A stretch of 64,000 bases of DNA from Podarcis erhardii (lineage: Eukaryota), in assembly GCA_964252035.1 (NCBI GenBank), contig OZ176201.1; one strand, 5' to 3'. The notes beneath the pieces are model-generated. The model had not been told where the DNA came from and ran no database searches. It saw only the letters and a program-made list of their open reading frames with translations. Made by a program: the position numbers and the translations under genes. Positions 13,629 to 26,465 of this stretch are shown here, in pieces (the first letter of the stretch is position 1; each line of letters starts with the position of its first letter).

Positions 13629-14475
13629 CTTTTGCTTCGTTGTCAGAATTGTCAGTGCTGGTGTCTGTGCATTTATTCATGTCCTTCTCAGTTTCCGACG
13701 AACTGATTTTGGCAGCGGGGAGACTTTTTTCTGTTTTAATTTCGTTGGCGGACGTGTTCTGAGGGTTATCAGACTTTGCGTTGTCAGGGAAGCTGACTTT
13801 AGCTCCTGGTTGGGACAGTGGTGGCGGTGGCGGCTGCTGCTGCTGCTGTGGTTGCTGAGGTGGTGGTGGTGGAGGTGGTGGTGGTGGAGGAGGTGGTTGT
13901 GGTGGTTGTTCAAGATGCTCACTCCTTTGGCTGAGGCTCGCCCTGGGTTCAAAACTTGCCTCAAACTCGCTTGGGTTGCTGCAGTTTGACGCCTTTTCCA
14001 TGGAGGAATAACCTTGGCTGGCTCGGTAGTAGCTGGGCACGGGGACTTCATGGTCATTTAGGCAAGGTTCAGGCATCTGATTGGGGTAGAGGGTCGCCTC
14101 AGTGGCGTTTTTTGCTCTTTTGTCAGCATTGTACATACAGCAAGCATTTTCTTCCTTGACATTGGTTGGGAAAGAGCAGGAGGGGAGTTGTCTCGCAACA
14201 GGTTGTTCGATTCGGTAAGTATTTTTGGGGTCACACCAGGTGTCTAGCTGAGAAAGGTAAGATGGATAGGTGTTGAGAGACAGGCTGGCGTTATTCACCT
14301 CGTCTCTTTTGGAAAGAGACGGGATAATTCCACAGTTCCTCATCATTCCACAGTTGAAGTCGTTCCCAGATTGCATATACATTCCTTGGTTAGAGGAATA
14401 ATTCTCCCCTCTGCAGGTACCGGCTAACGAGTCCATCAAAAACGAGTTAGAAGTCACATTGTTGGGACATGACAT
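13629..14475 (-). CDS. HOXC10: Homeobox protein Hox-C10, exon 1
   Basis: MSCPNNVTSNSFLMDS...MYMQSGNDFNCG...EVPVPSYYRAS...SDNEAK matches HOXC10. Donor AAAG|GTAAGG at 13628. 847 nt + 278 nt = 1125 nt = 374 aa + stop; intron 10270-13628. Confidence 0.97.
13819..13908 (-). repeat. Coding trinucleotide tract giving a 30-aa poly-Pro/Gln stretch in HOXC10
   Basis: CCA/CCT/CAG/CAA-rich run translating QPPQPPPPPPPPPPPPPQQPQQQQQPPPPP between EHLE and LSQPGAKVSF. Confidence 0.93.
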
Positions 14476-14490
14476 TTTCAGAGAGGGATT

Positions 14491-14523
14491 TTAAAGAGGA
14501 ATACTACAGCCAGGGGCTGACAT
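14491..14523 (-). other. Upstream ORF in the HOXC10 5' leader (MSAPGCSIPL*), in frame with the main ATG
   Basis: ATG TCA GCC CCT GGC TGT AGT ATT CCT CTT TAA AAT CCC TCT CTG AAA ATG. The upstream ATG is 48 nt before the main ATG and the stop is 15 nt before it. Confidence 0.7.
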
Positions 14524-14559
14524 CTTTTTTTTAGGGAAAAATATCAGCACCATAATTAT

Positions 14560-14650
14560 CCACGCATTGGTCCCAACCACGTGACTGTCAGGCCAATGAG
14601 GATTGAAAATGGCCTTGATGATTCAGACGCCGGTGACGTCACCGGGGTCA
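14560..14650 (-). promoter_or_regulatory. HOXC10 proximal promoter module
   Basis: ATTGG 14566-14570, E-box CACGTG(AC) 14578-14583, CCAAT 14593-14597, YY1-like AAAATGGCC 14606-14614 and CRE TGACGTCA 14634-14641, all 90-170 bp upstream of the ATG. Confidence 0.75.
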
Positions 14651-17600
14651 AGTTGTTGAGAGAGGAGAAAACCAGCGTGGAGCAACAGCGACATCTATCA
14701 GTTTCTGAAGGGTAGAGAACCCAGGACCTTCACGTTGAACAAAGGAGAGAGACCCCCTTTTCCTCCAGTTTGTTTACCAATGAACGAACGCGTGTCTACA
14801 GCAGAGTGGGGGGGAAATAAAGGAAGCGAAAGCGTAAATAGAAGCAAAGTCAAATTCAAATTAAAAGGTCAGCAAAAAAATCCACCTTCATCTCCCACTC
14901 TTTTCTTTCATTCTTACCCTTTCTTTTTTCTCGCCTAACCCCCTTAAGATAAGTCTAATTTCTTGTGGGCAAATAATTAATCAACCCCAAACCCCAAAAG
15001 AACTCCCCTGCCATCCCTTCTTCTTATATCGAATTTCTCTTTCTTTTTCGTTCTCTCCCTCTTTCTTCCCCCCCGTTCCCCACCCCAATAGCTAAACTTG
15101 AATGCATGAAAACTGTTCCTTCAGACATATTTTTTTTCTTGTTTCAGAACTACTTTGGTAGATTCATTTTGATTTGGAAAACAAGCAAACAAACCTCGCT
15201 ATATTGAATGCAATTCCCTAAAGACGTAGGTCGAAGCACCTTGAGAAATCTGAAGCAGTGTCGTTAGGGTCACTTTATATTAAGTTCAGGTGTTTTTTGC
15301 GTGAGGAACCAGCTTAATAACTGAAATGGCGAAATTTTAGATTTTGTTTCATGCGAATCGTTCTTTCTAGTCTGTTATAAAATTGTTCTCTCCGTTGGTT
15401 TCTCTCTGGAGTACTTTTGTAAAAATATTTCCCCTGCAAATACTGAATGAAACGTTCTTCTCCTTTCTAACAACCCCCAAACCCGCAAACTTTCATCATT
15501 CCTGCTTTCACTGACGCAGAAGCTCTGCACAGGTTTGTTAATAAACTTCCCAAAATTGCATCAAAATAAATATCTCAATGGGAGATATCACAGAAGTATC
15601 CTCTACTCTTAGGGTACAAGTCTGTACATTCCCCACCCCTCTTCAGGAAATTACGACAATTAAATAGAATGAAATTTTAAATTATTGGGTATTTTAGGGG
15701 TGCTTTATTCAGCAGAAAGGTTGTCCGATCAAACACGGTTTTTTATTTGATCTATTTAATTTTCATTGATTAAACTCCAAGCAAATATCTATGTGTGTTT
15801 ATTTCTTCTTAATTTCCCTACTCCAGTCTCGTTCAGTCTTTATGATCCTGTTTCCCTTCTCCTTCTCGCTTTCTCTCTCTCTTTTAATTTAACGATCTCA
15901 GAATAATAACTGGTATTACAGATATAAACATATGTTGAACGAGGTGCTTTCATTGTGCTGTTTCCTTTATTAGACGTTTTCTAAACAGGCTAGCAATTAA
16001 GCCAAATTATTATTTAGTGTATATCAAATTGACTACACTGTTAGAATCCCGCTTTGACAATGATGTCTATAGTTTTGGGTGGTTGTTGGGTGTTTTTTTT
16101 TTAAAAAAAGGGATCTGACACTTTGTGGCTAAATCCATGAAAAAGAGAGGAATAGTACTAGACAATGAGAATATTAATACTACCAATACTCATAATGGCA
16201 GCTGGGAACAGAATTAGCTAAACGGCTGGAATCTCAAGATCATTACGACGGATCTGAAACCTTTTAAAGAGTTCATAGTCATTCTCAAGGAGTGGGAGGG
16301 AAGCCTTTTCAGATAGAAGCGGAAAACGGTGAGGAAAATTGAGCCAGAAAGTTTGGTAGGGTGTGGGGTATGTGGAGAGAAGTGAGGAACTTGACCAATT
16401 TCAGTAATGTATATTTTGGTGTTTTTGTTTTAAATGCAGTGCTGGCTGCCTAAAGCCATCAGACCTTGACGACAATGTTTTCTACAACAACTGTTTTACA
16501 ATTCCACTCGGCTGTTGCTTCGGAAGGGCTTGCAGCCTGCTGGCCCCCACCTTCAAAACCAGTCCCCTCCACATCTTCAAGGGTGAGAAGTTTTAATATC
16601 TTAGGCCAAGGAAGTCTTAAACCGCATCATTCTATTTGTCTCAACCATCCCCACCCCCACCCCCGACCGCCCCACAATCCACCTCCACCTCGAAATACAG
16701 CCAAGCTAAGAGCTTTTTTCCTGCACTTTAAACGCCGTTTGCTTCCTCTGGAAAGCTATTTGAGACTTTATAGCCTCTATTTGTGTTATCTGCATAGGTC
16801 TTTTTAAAACAGTTTGATAGAAATCGTTCAGTTTTATGATATCCAACGAAAATTCCACATAATATTTATAAGCAAAGAATAAAACTTTAGCATGGGAACC
16901 AATACTTCCTCATTTATAGGTGATGAAATTAAAGACCAATGCAGTTTGGCATTATATGGCTTTTTCCCCGTTCTCTCTCTCCACCCCCACCCACCCCTCC
17001 CCCACCCTTTCCTTCTTTATTTTTTTGCAGATCATGTGGCTGACTCAATATTTTTAGGCTCTGAAGCCCTACACGTCTTCATATGTGCATTTTGTGGCGG
17101 GGGGAGAGACCAACATTTGACCCCGTTTCCTTCCCTGTGAGTGAAAATGAAAATGTGTTTCCAAGTCTTTTATATCCTTATTTACTGCTGTGCATTCTTG
17201 CTGTGTGTTATATTCTCCCTTCCTCTCTCTCACACACGCATACTAGGAAGCAGGAAGAGGAATTTACAAACCGCACTGTGGTGAAACCTGTCAAATAATT
17301 TGATTTTTATCCTCTTCACAGATTCACATACCGCCAAGGAATTTTCAGTGGATGAGATGTTGTACCCATATCTCTGAAGACAAGATAGAGGGCGTTTTAA
17401 ATGTGTGAAGATGATGAAGATAAAATAAAATGTTATGGGTGGGTGGGTGTGTATACACACACACACACACAAATATATATATACATGTGTGTATATACGT
17501 GTAAGAAAAGCTGGTGGTTTTGACTATCATTGTTTTCACTGAGGATTATTGACATATTCATACATATGTATTTTAAGGAGCGTAGGTGTCTCGGAAGTCA

Positions 17601-20600
17601 TTTTTTAAAATGTAAAGCCATAGAGTTATTTAATTCCAGGCGTCTCTTGTGGGCTTTGACGGTCAAAGTCTTACCCAAAATAAAACAACAGTCAGAGAGA
17701 AGGGGCGAGAGATGGTCATAGTAGATGGAGGGACGTGGAGGAGAACCCGCTTCATCACAAACAGCGAAATGCATATTTCCTGACATCATTCCAGGTCTTT
17801 TGATATCTGGCGGATCTGGCGCTGAAGGAATGCTGGGGAATGTCTCCAGGAGACCGAATATTGTTTAAAGTTAAAAATAATTAGAAGTATGATAAACATG
17901 GGTCATTAATGGGGAGAGAAATAAAATCCATCAGCCTAAGTAGAACCCCCGTTGGGAAAAATGCTTTAGTCTAATTGCAGAAAATAAATACCAACAAATG
18001 CTATTAAAACTTAAAAAGGAGAAAGCCTGTGTGTGGAATAAAGACCTATAACAGCCTGCTCTGGGTTTTTACACTCCTTTGGAAATCAGGGTGGAAATGA
18101 AACATGCAATGCCCCTTATTAAAAAAAAAGGAATGGAGGGGGGAGGAAGAGGGTAAGAAAGATTGGGGTGGGTGGGGAAAATTATACATATGTGGACTTT
18201 AAGTTGGCTCACATGTGGAGTGGGGTTCGGCAGTGCCTTATTCTCTTGCTTTGTGGCTACTTCGGTATGATTTCGCGGGAGTAAAAGCCAGGAAGTGGTT
18301 TTTTAAAAAGTCAAAGAGGGAGTTTAAAAAAAAATATTAGGGGATTTCTTCCTTCCTTTCTTCCCAGTGTCTGGACATATGAGGCAAACTGCAGACGATC
18401 CTGCTATTGTCTTTGGTGTCTGATTGCTCTCTCTCTGAATGCCAAAGGCAGACAGTTCAGTTGACCCAAAAGAGGGGGTGAGGAGCCTTGAAACCCGTCT
18501 CCCTTTGCTTTCCTAGAGCTTTGCTCTGGGCTGGAGACGGAGGGCACGCGGCTGCGAGGGGTTATGGGGTGGGTGGGAAACACAAACAGGCGCGCGCACA
18601 GGCGCGCTGCCAGAGCACCACATTTCCCATAAAAATCTAAAGAATTTTTCTCCCCAAAAAAAGCAAGCAAGGAAGAAAAAAGATGCACGTGTCCAATAAT
18701 TCACGTAAAAGCACATCTCAAACTTGCACATAATATTTTACCTGTTCCCTTTTCCTTCTAATTATTTAACCGTGAGTTATGCGTGGAAAGTGTCTCTTAC
18801 GTCCATTGTATTTTTTAACCAACTTCCCCCCCTTAACATTTTTATAGCGAGCATTCATTTTCGCTTCTAGGAAGTATTTGGTGGCAACACTTTAATGATT
18901 ACCTTAAATTTGTATTTTTTTCCCCTGCCTGGTATTATGCCCCGTGTTGTGGAGGAAATAATTCTGATTTATGGCAAAGTACACTAGAGTACAATAACAG
19001 TGATGCAAAAATAAAACCCACGCCTTTAGATGTTGGCTTAGAAACTGTAAACTATCACCACCAGAAATCTATCAAACTTTACAATCCCTCTTATACTGCT
19101 TCCTTCTTTCGGAGTAACTTAAGTCAAAGAATTATGGAATGATATTATGTTCCTTGAGGTGGTATTGAAAAGTGCTCAAGTTATTTCTACCTCCAACATA
19201 GAATCTTCAGTCACCAAAAGACCGGCCTGAGGTTGGCCACCTTTCTTTGTTTTGCATGGTGGAGACCAAAGTTGTCCAGAGTTACTTCGTGGTGTTCACA
19301 CACACCAGTGACAGTATTCAAGTTGCTGCTCCTCTCCCTCTCTCTTTCTACGTGTGTGTATACAGTTACACATACCCCCAATGCACACAGAATGCAAAAA
19401 AAAAAAAAAAGGAGTTTAAGCAATGTTAAAGATTGCATTGGGAACATCAAAGTCGCTGGGCCGCTGGCCTTATCCGTCAGGCTCTTCTTAACTAAAATCA
19501 CACACTGAGAAGAGAAGCAATAATGTGAATATATTGCCTACTATTTGTTAGCATCTGATTTTTCCTGATACCATTCCAATTTCAGCTTGAAGGGTGATGT
19601 GAAAAAAGCTTTGAATTTGGGGTGTGGCGATCTGGTCCTGATAGATGAGGGGATATCTATCTTTATACCTATCTGGCTTATGAATACTTTATTATTGCAA
19701 ACTACTTCGTGCAATTAGCTTGATAAGTTGACAAAGAAGCAGGGAAGGCTGAAGGGGGTCATATCATTCGAAGCTGCGTTCATTAGGAGAGAAACCATCG
19801 TACTATGCCTGGTATTTTCGAAGGATTTTCTGACTTAGTTCCATTATTGGGTTAAAGTGTGGTTCAGTGGTTTACAAAAATACGTGCTCCTTTACACCGC
19901 TGCTACCTCTTTTTCTAAGAAAAATTTAAAAATACAAATAAAAGAAATAGTATTTTTCCCAGGGAAGAGAACAATGTTATATTCTCAGTGGGGAAGAAAA
20001 AAGAAAAACGCGCGGAAAGAGAATTTTAGGATACACAGAATTAGTTAATTACCTGTTTTTAAGAGAAACTAACGACAAAAGACCTGAGAAACTGCCTTTC
20101 CTCCAATGGCAGTATATAACCGTGCAGGCTATCGGATAAGATGTGCAAAAACACATTTCCCGATTATTTCGAAATATGTATTTCCCCCCTAGTTTTTCCC
20201 TCGGCTGTTAAAATTTATTAATAGTGATACAGGTGTTGGAATCCTTTCTCCAAAGCGAGAAGCCGTCGGTTCAAATAAAACCTCGGCTATAAGTCCATCC
20301 AAAGTCTGTATCCTGCGTCGCTATGTTCCAAAGATCTGTGGCACGACGTGTGGATGCTATTTCATTCAATTAGTTAACAATTCAGCATAGGTGTTTTCAA
20401 TAGGAAGCGATAAGTGCTTCAGGGAGTTTAGTTATATATGCAAGCGCCCACACTACCATATCCTTAGTTGTAATGTTGATATCAGCCGCAGCCGCTGCTC
20501 ATTTTTTAAGGTGAAATTTCTGTGAAAAAAACCTCGATCGGCACAAGGGTATCCAATTATTTTAGCAATCGTTTGAACCGAGACATAAGGTTTACATTAA

Positions 20601-22789
20601 AAACGTTTGAAAAGAATGGCTGCAAATGGGTCTGTACATGTATTGCTTAGATCGCCTCTTTTAAAATGTTGTCGACTTAATTTTAACCACGTAGAGAAGC
20701 GTCTTTTTTTGTTCTGCTTTCAGTCCATAAACAACATTGATTGTTCATTTTATTATTTTATTTTTCGCCAGAATAAACATACATATACATATATTTTTTT
20801 TGTACGGCTCCTATCAACAGCGTGATCAATTTTCATTCGCTGCAGCAGAGATTCGAAAGTCTTCCGAGGCTGCAAACCACATTCTTGTGGTTTCATGTTG
20901 TAATTCGGTGGTTATCAAAAGCAGAGAGACCCGCTTAGGTCTAACATATGTTGAACATCCGTACAGTTCGCAACTTTATTAAAAGAGTATAAACGAGGCC
21001 TTAATGAGACGCCATTTTAAGGGTGGTTTTTGTGAAAAATACGGTATATAACAAAAATGAGGGTGCATGATATAATGTGAAAGCCTGATCAATTTTGCTC
21101 TCAAAGTAAACTTCAGATTCATATAAGGATTATCTAAATGGGGGGATTGAAAGTATGGAGGGATGGGGGGCTATTTTTGCTGTATTTCCATCAATGCCAT
21201 TTCCCAATGCAGTCACACACAAATCCATATTAAAAAGGGGGGAAAATAGGCCTTATCATAGTCCACCTCCCCTTTATCCAATTTTGTGCCCATCAGATGT
21301 GCAAAGAAAGGCAGGAGACAAAATTAATCGTACATTCAATTATGCTTTTGGAGAGGAGGGGAGGGAGGTTGCTCTTAACGACCCACAAGAGTCTCTCGCC
21401 CTAGCAAAATGGGGGGTCGCGGGGGCATTTTATTTACAGGCACGCAGGCATGGCTGGTTCTCTTCGTCGGGGGCTCGGAGGTGCCTCCTGCAGAAGTTAC
21501 TTGCAAGCAGAGCGGCGAAAGTCACCCCCCTCCCCGAATCCACAACCAGGCGAAGAAGACCGGCTCAAGGCGATAGGAGCTTCAAGTCCACTTGCCAAAG
21601 CCACTGCCCCTTTTCTCTCCTCGACAGGCTTCTCCAGGGTCCATTGAGGCCAACTTTCCGAGCCCCAAATTCCAAACTCTTTGCGGACCTCCAGTGGTGG
21701 TGGAAAGCCTTGCCCAGGGCGATTGGTCTGGCGGCTCTTTTGCTGGGTTGCTTAACAGAATTGCTTTATTTACATGATGCCACCGGCGAGCAGGCTGCAC
21801 AGTCAAGTTTATGTTTCTCAACTCCAGAACTCAGAGGAGGAGGAGTGTTCTCTGGGCTGCTGGGACCACTTGCCGAGAGGTGCGTGGGTCTGCATGCCCG
21901 TGAACAGCCATGTTCAACATACAAGCTGTAGCCTGCACAAACCACGCCAGGCACACGCAGAAATACACCCGGACGCGCACACATCTCCATCTCCCCCAGC
22001 TCTAGTGCCCACTGATGGTTGTGGTGGGGGGACCAGCTTGCACTTCGCAAACAAACAACAAACAGCAACAATAACAAAACGGGAGAACTTATTTCTTGCA
22101 CTCCAATTAACATTTTAAAACAGAAGAAGTCTTGCCCAGAATCCAATTAAAAAACTCGCCCCTCACCTTCCTCACTCTGAGCTATATCTCCCAACAATGT
22201 CACCTCCTAGCAGCTTCCAATACGTTAAGGAGGGATTCCAGGCAGGGGGACAGGAAACAGGTTCGCTTAGCTGTGTGTTTGCACGTCACACCGAGAGGTC
22301 CTTCGCAATTAGCCTGTGTGCCATTAACGTGGCTTTACACCGAGATCCCCAGCCTATGAGGGAGAGGACCTTATCCTGATGGACCTTCCGAGCGAGAAAT
22401 AAAGTTGTCTTATGCAAAGCCCCAAATGCGTGCTAGGAATTTAGAGGGAGGAGGAAAAGAAGGAGGGGGGGAGAGAGAGGGAGAGAGGAGAGGGGCACTT
22501 GTAAAACTTTTATGCCAAACAAAGTTATAAAAACTTTCCATGCGTTAAGATATCAAAAGGTTTATAACAATAATAAAGCTTGAATGTGTGCTGGTGTGTG
22601 TGTTTGTGTGTGAGAGAGAGAGGGAGAGAGAGGGGGGGGGAGAGAGGGAGAGAGAGAGAATTCTAATATTCTAGCAATATTAAATCGCTGAGCAACTGAG
22701 TTAAATATTAAGTACCATAAACACCAGGCTTGGTTCGAAATCGGTATTTGTAATGCGTGAGTCCATATATATTCAAGTGGGTGTCATAT

Positions 22790-22791
<2 letters not shown>

Positions 22792-22827
<36 letters not shown>
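22792..22827. repeat. (GT)18 microsatellite
   Basis: Perfect dinucleotide run. Confidence 0.95.
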
Positions 22828-22829
<2 letters not shown>

Positions 22830-23483
22830 CCCACACCCACAAACCCACACCCACGTATCGCCGCCTGCTGCTGGACTCTTAACTCAGTAGGCGGGAACAT
22901 TTAAAAAAAAAACGAAAAAAGAATCTGAAGGCCTTTCTGATTCCGGTTTATTACAAAAGGGTTAAAGGTGATGGACTTGACTCCATTGAAGTTCAAAGAC
23001 ATCATATATTCACATTTTTTTGTAGTTGTTCTTGTGGATCTCTTCGTCTCTCCCCCCCCCCCCTAAACACAATGCAACCAACATAACGCTAGCGTATAAA
23101 GTACAGTTAGCTGTTAGGCTATATTGCCGCTAGATGCCTCGACTCTGGTGAGGGGAGGGAGGCAGAAGGCTAAAAAAATGACACCCCTGCTCCTAAATGG
23201 TACCCCCTCACTCCCCTAGCTAAATAGTCCCCTTCCAAAAGAAAAAGGAAAAACCCCGAAGAACATTAACGGGTTATCCCTACCTCGCACTGCTGCTTAA
23301 TACCCTTGTAAAGTCCCACATGGTCTATAAACTTGGATTTTACAACTGGCATTCCATTTTAGCTCGAGAAAACTTTGAACTAGGCCTCCAGTTTCATTGT
23401 GTCGCAGCCCCAGCCAAAGACGTGGAAAAGGAGGTGGGATGGGGGGGCGGAGAGGACAGGAGAGGGGGAAAGTTAGGAGTCAG

Positions 23484-23516
<33 letters not shown>

Positions 23517-26465
23517 AAGGGGGGGGGGGACTGGAAGAAAGCTAAGCAAAGACACCCTTATTTGTTTACTATTTACTGCGGAAGTCTTTTTCTATGGCCA
23601 GACGGTGGTAATTAAGGAAAAATTAAGCTGTTTAGTGCTGCAGTCTTTATTACAATGTCTAGACTAGTCGCCCCCTTTGTCCAGACAACGGCCGCAGTCA
23701 CGGGGTATTGACTGGACTTTCTGACCTGGCGATGTGCACCTTATTGCACCTACGTTTTAAGTTTCCCCCTAACCTTGGAAAAGTTTAGAAGTCGCCCATT
23801 AAAGAGAGGCGGGCGCCTTTCTCCCCCATCAGAAAGATGCGCCATTTTGTTTCCTCCGTATCCCCCGCGTGTGAGTGGGGTGGTTTTGGCTCCACTCCTA
23901 AGGGCTGTTTCGGACCTTCTCTGATCCACCTTGGGTTCCATGGCACTTCCCACACCCTTCTGTGCTCTGGGCACCACAAACCAAAGAATCGCCCATGACA
24001 AGGACATATTTACAGTAGACCTTGACTGTCTAATCCAAGGAAGAGGGAGGTTATAGGCCCTACATCCGTATTCGCCAGACTCTTCAGGGAACAACCGCAC
24101 CACCACACACACGCACCAGGAGGAAGAAGGGAGAAAAACAGATAAATGCAAAAATAAAGCAGTTTCCATCCCGTGTATGTATATGTCTGTATGTCTGTTT
24201 ATATACAAACACGCACATACCCCTATTATTATACATAATCTTTTCCCCTCATCTCTTCTAATGAGAAACATTCCTGTTAACATAACCCTTTCAGATAGCA
24301 TCATGGCGAACTGGAAGATGGATCTATCAAGGAAGCTAAAGTTTCTTTTCTCTCTGCCTCTTTTCTTGCAAACGAAGCACATTTTTGTGGGTTTCCCCAT
24401 AGCTGACAAATCAAACCGCAAAAGCAACATCAAAGTATTTGCATTGCAAATGGTTGCATTTAGAAGCAACCCGTGAGGAACTCACATTGCCTGTGAAGGA
24501 GAATATAATTTTGTTACTGCTTGCCCTTTAAGCTAGAGATACCTTCAGACACCAAATGTGAGTAACACGAGGATTCGTCAAGAATGAATTGGTAGATTTA
24601 GAGTAGGAGACAGACTGACCATTCAGAATTCTTATATTCTCCACCACCACACAAAATTAAAAAAAATACATTCAACTAGTGAAAGCGTCTTCCTGCGCAT
24701 TTTTTTTATCACTGTGAAGAAAATTACATTTATTTAACGGAGGGAGGAGTTGTACACGTAAAACTGCGCTTCTGTCCCTATGTCTGTGAGTTGAACTTGT
24801 TTTTGTTTAAGAGAAGGAATTAAGTACTTGACTTTGCATTTGTGCATTGCAAGAGGCAAAAGGGGAGGGGGAGGTACTTTATCCTTGACATTACGAAAAT
24901 TTCCGCTTCTTTTGTGTTTGCAATCAGAGATGCGCTCATTAGCAGACATCACATTAGTTGTGCTTTTTAAAAAGAAAAAGGGGGAAAAGCACGTTGCAAT
25001 ATTGCTCATTAAGCACCAATTTCAGCATATTGCAATATATTTCTCTTCCAGGGTGGGGTGGGGGAAAAGGGAAAAGAAATAAAAAGATTAACAACATTGG
25101 GAAAACAGACAAAGACATCTGGAGCCAAGCACAGGGCTGTATTATTGGGCCAAGAAATTCCTATAAATTTGAATGCAATGATGAAAACAATGAACTCCAC
25201 AACAAATGTCTAGTTAAACGCAGAAGGTTCATATTAATTTGGCTATATCATATCGCATACGTATGTGTGCGTGTATATATATATATATATATATATATAT
25301 GCATGCGTAGGTACACACACACACAATTTAACCATTTGGCCATAGGAAAGTCCATGCCACGTTGACCGCAATGAGTCTTTTAAGAGGGAAATACTAATAA
25401 AATGGTCAAATAAAATCATAATGTAGAACAGCTTGAAATGTCTTTATTTGCCACAGAATTTCACAGAGTTTCCCGGGATTCACTTCTTTACATACACAAA
25501 GATTTATTTATAATTGTGGTTGTTACTGTTGTTCTTGTTCTTGCTGCTGCAGTTTGGTCTCCCACGTCCAGGAAAGAAAGGAAAAAAAGCATTTACATAC
25601 CATTTAAGAGACAGTTATTGCGAATTTATTGTAGTCCATTCCCCATTTCTCCCCCCCCCCGCCCATCCCCCACCCCTACCCTCTCTCCAGATGCAAAGAG
25701 GGGAAGAAAGAAAGAGAAAAAAAATCAAACCTGGGACTGCATAGAATATGAATATATAAAAGATACATGAGGGAATCAATGGAAATCACATCCTTATAGT
25801 GATACCAATTCTTGGACAGGTTATTTAAATTAGATTTCAATGAACAACAGTCCTTGGCATGTACAGCAGTGGAACCCTAATGGAGTGGAGTGCGTGTGCA
25901 CGGATGAACACGTGTGGGTAGATACACACACACACACACACACATCTGCACGCACACTCAGACAAAGCCCTCCTCCCAACCGAAGACTTTGGGAGGTGCT
26001 TTTGCGTAGATGCATCATCAACTTGTATATCAAAATAAGGAGAAGTAGGTGCATACTGTCGTGAACACAGCACTGTAGTTTCCTCCATCGAACATAGATG
26101 ATGATGATGATGATGATGAAGATGAACTGAACAAAACAAAACAAAACAAAACACCGATGATAAAAATAATTCCATTTCTTCAAGACTAAACGTTAAATTA
26201 AAAGTTCATACAGTATTCAAGTCCTTTCAACGTTTAGGTAATCGGGAAAAGTGTATAACCCTGAACCAGGTCCCAAACATACAGATATAAGGAAGGACGG
26301 AGAAGGTTGAAAACTCTGAGGGTTGCTTGAAGACTCCACAGTCAAACCGTGCTTGCAACTTCCCTTCTTCATACACAGAATACTTCAACTAGCAGAGGAT
26401 GTATTTTTTATTTTTTTATTTATATATATATATATAGATATGTATATATAATATACAAAAGAGGT

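Noticed and set aside
13600-14057. Plus-strand ORFs overlapping HOXC10 exon 1 (also 28147-28627 over HOXC11)
   Set aside because: These are shadows of GC-rich or repetitive coding sequence on the opposite strand.
23667-23685. CTCF-like TCGCCCCCTTTGTCCA
   Set aside because: It lacks the essential 5' CC of the core motif.
23750-24469. 239-aa minus-strand ORF
   Set aside because: No recognisable domain, it crosses low-complexity AT/GT tracts, and it sits in intergenic or 3' flank DNA.
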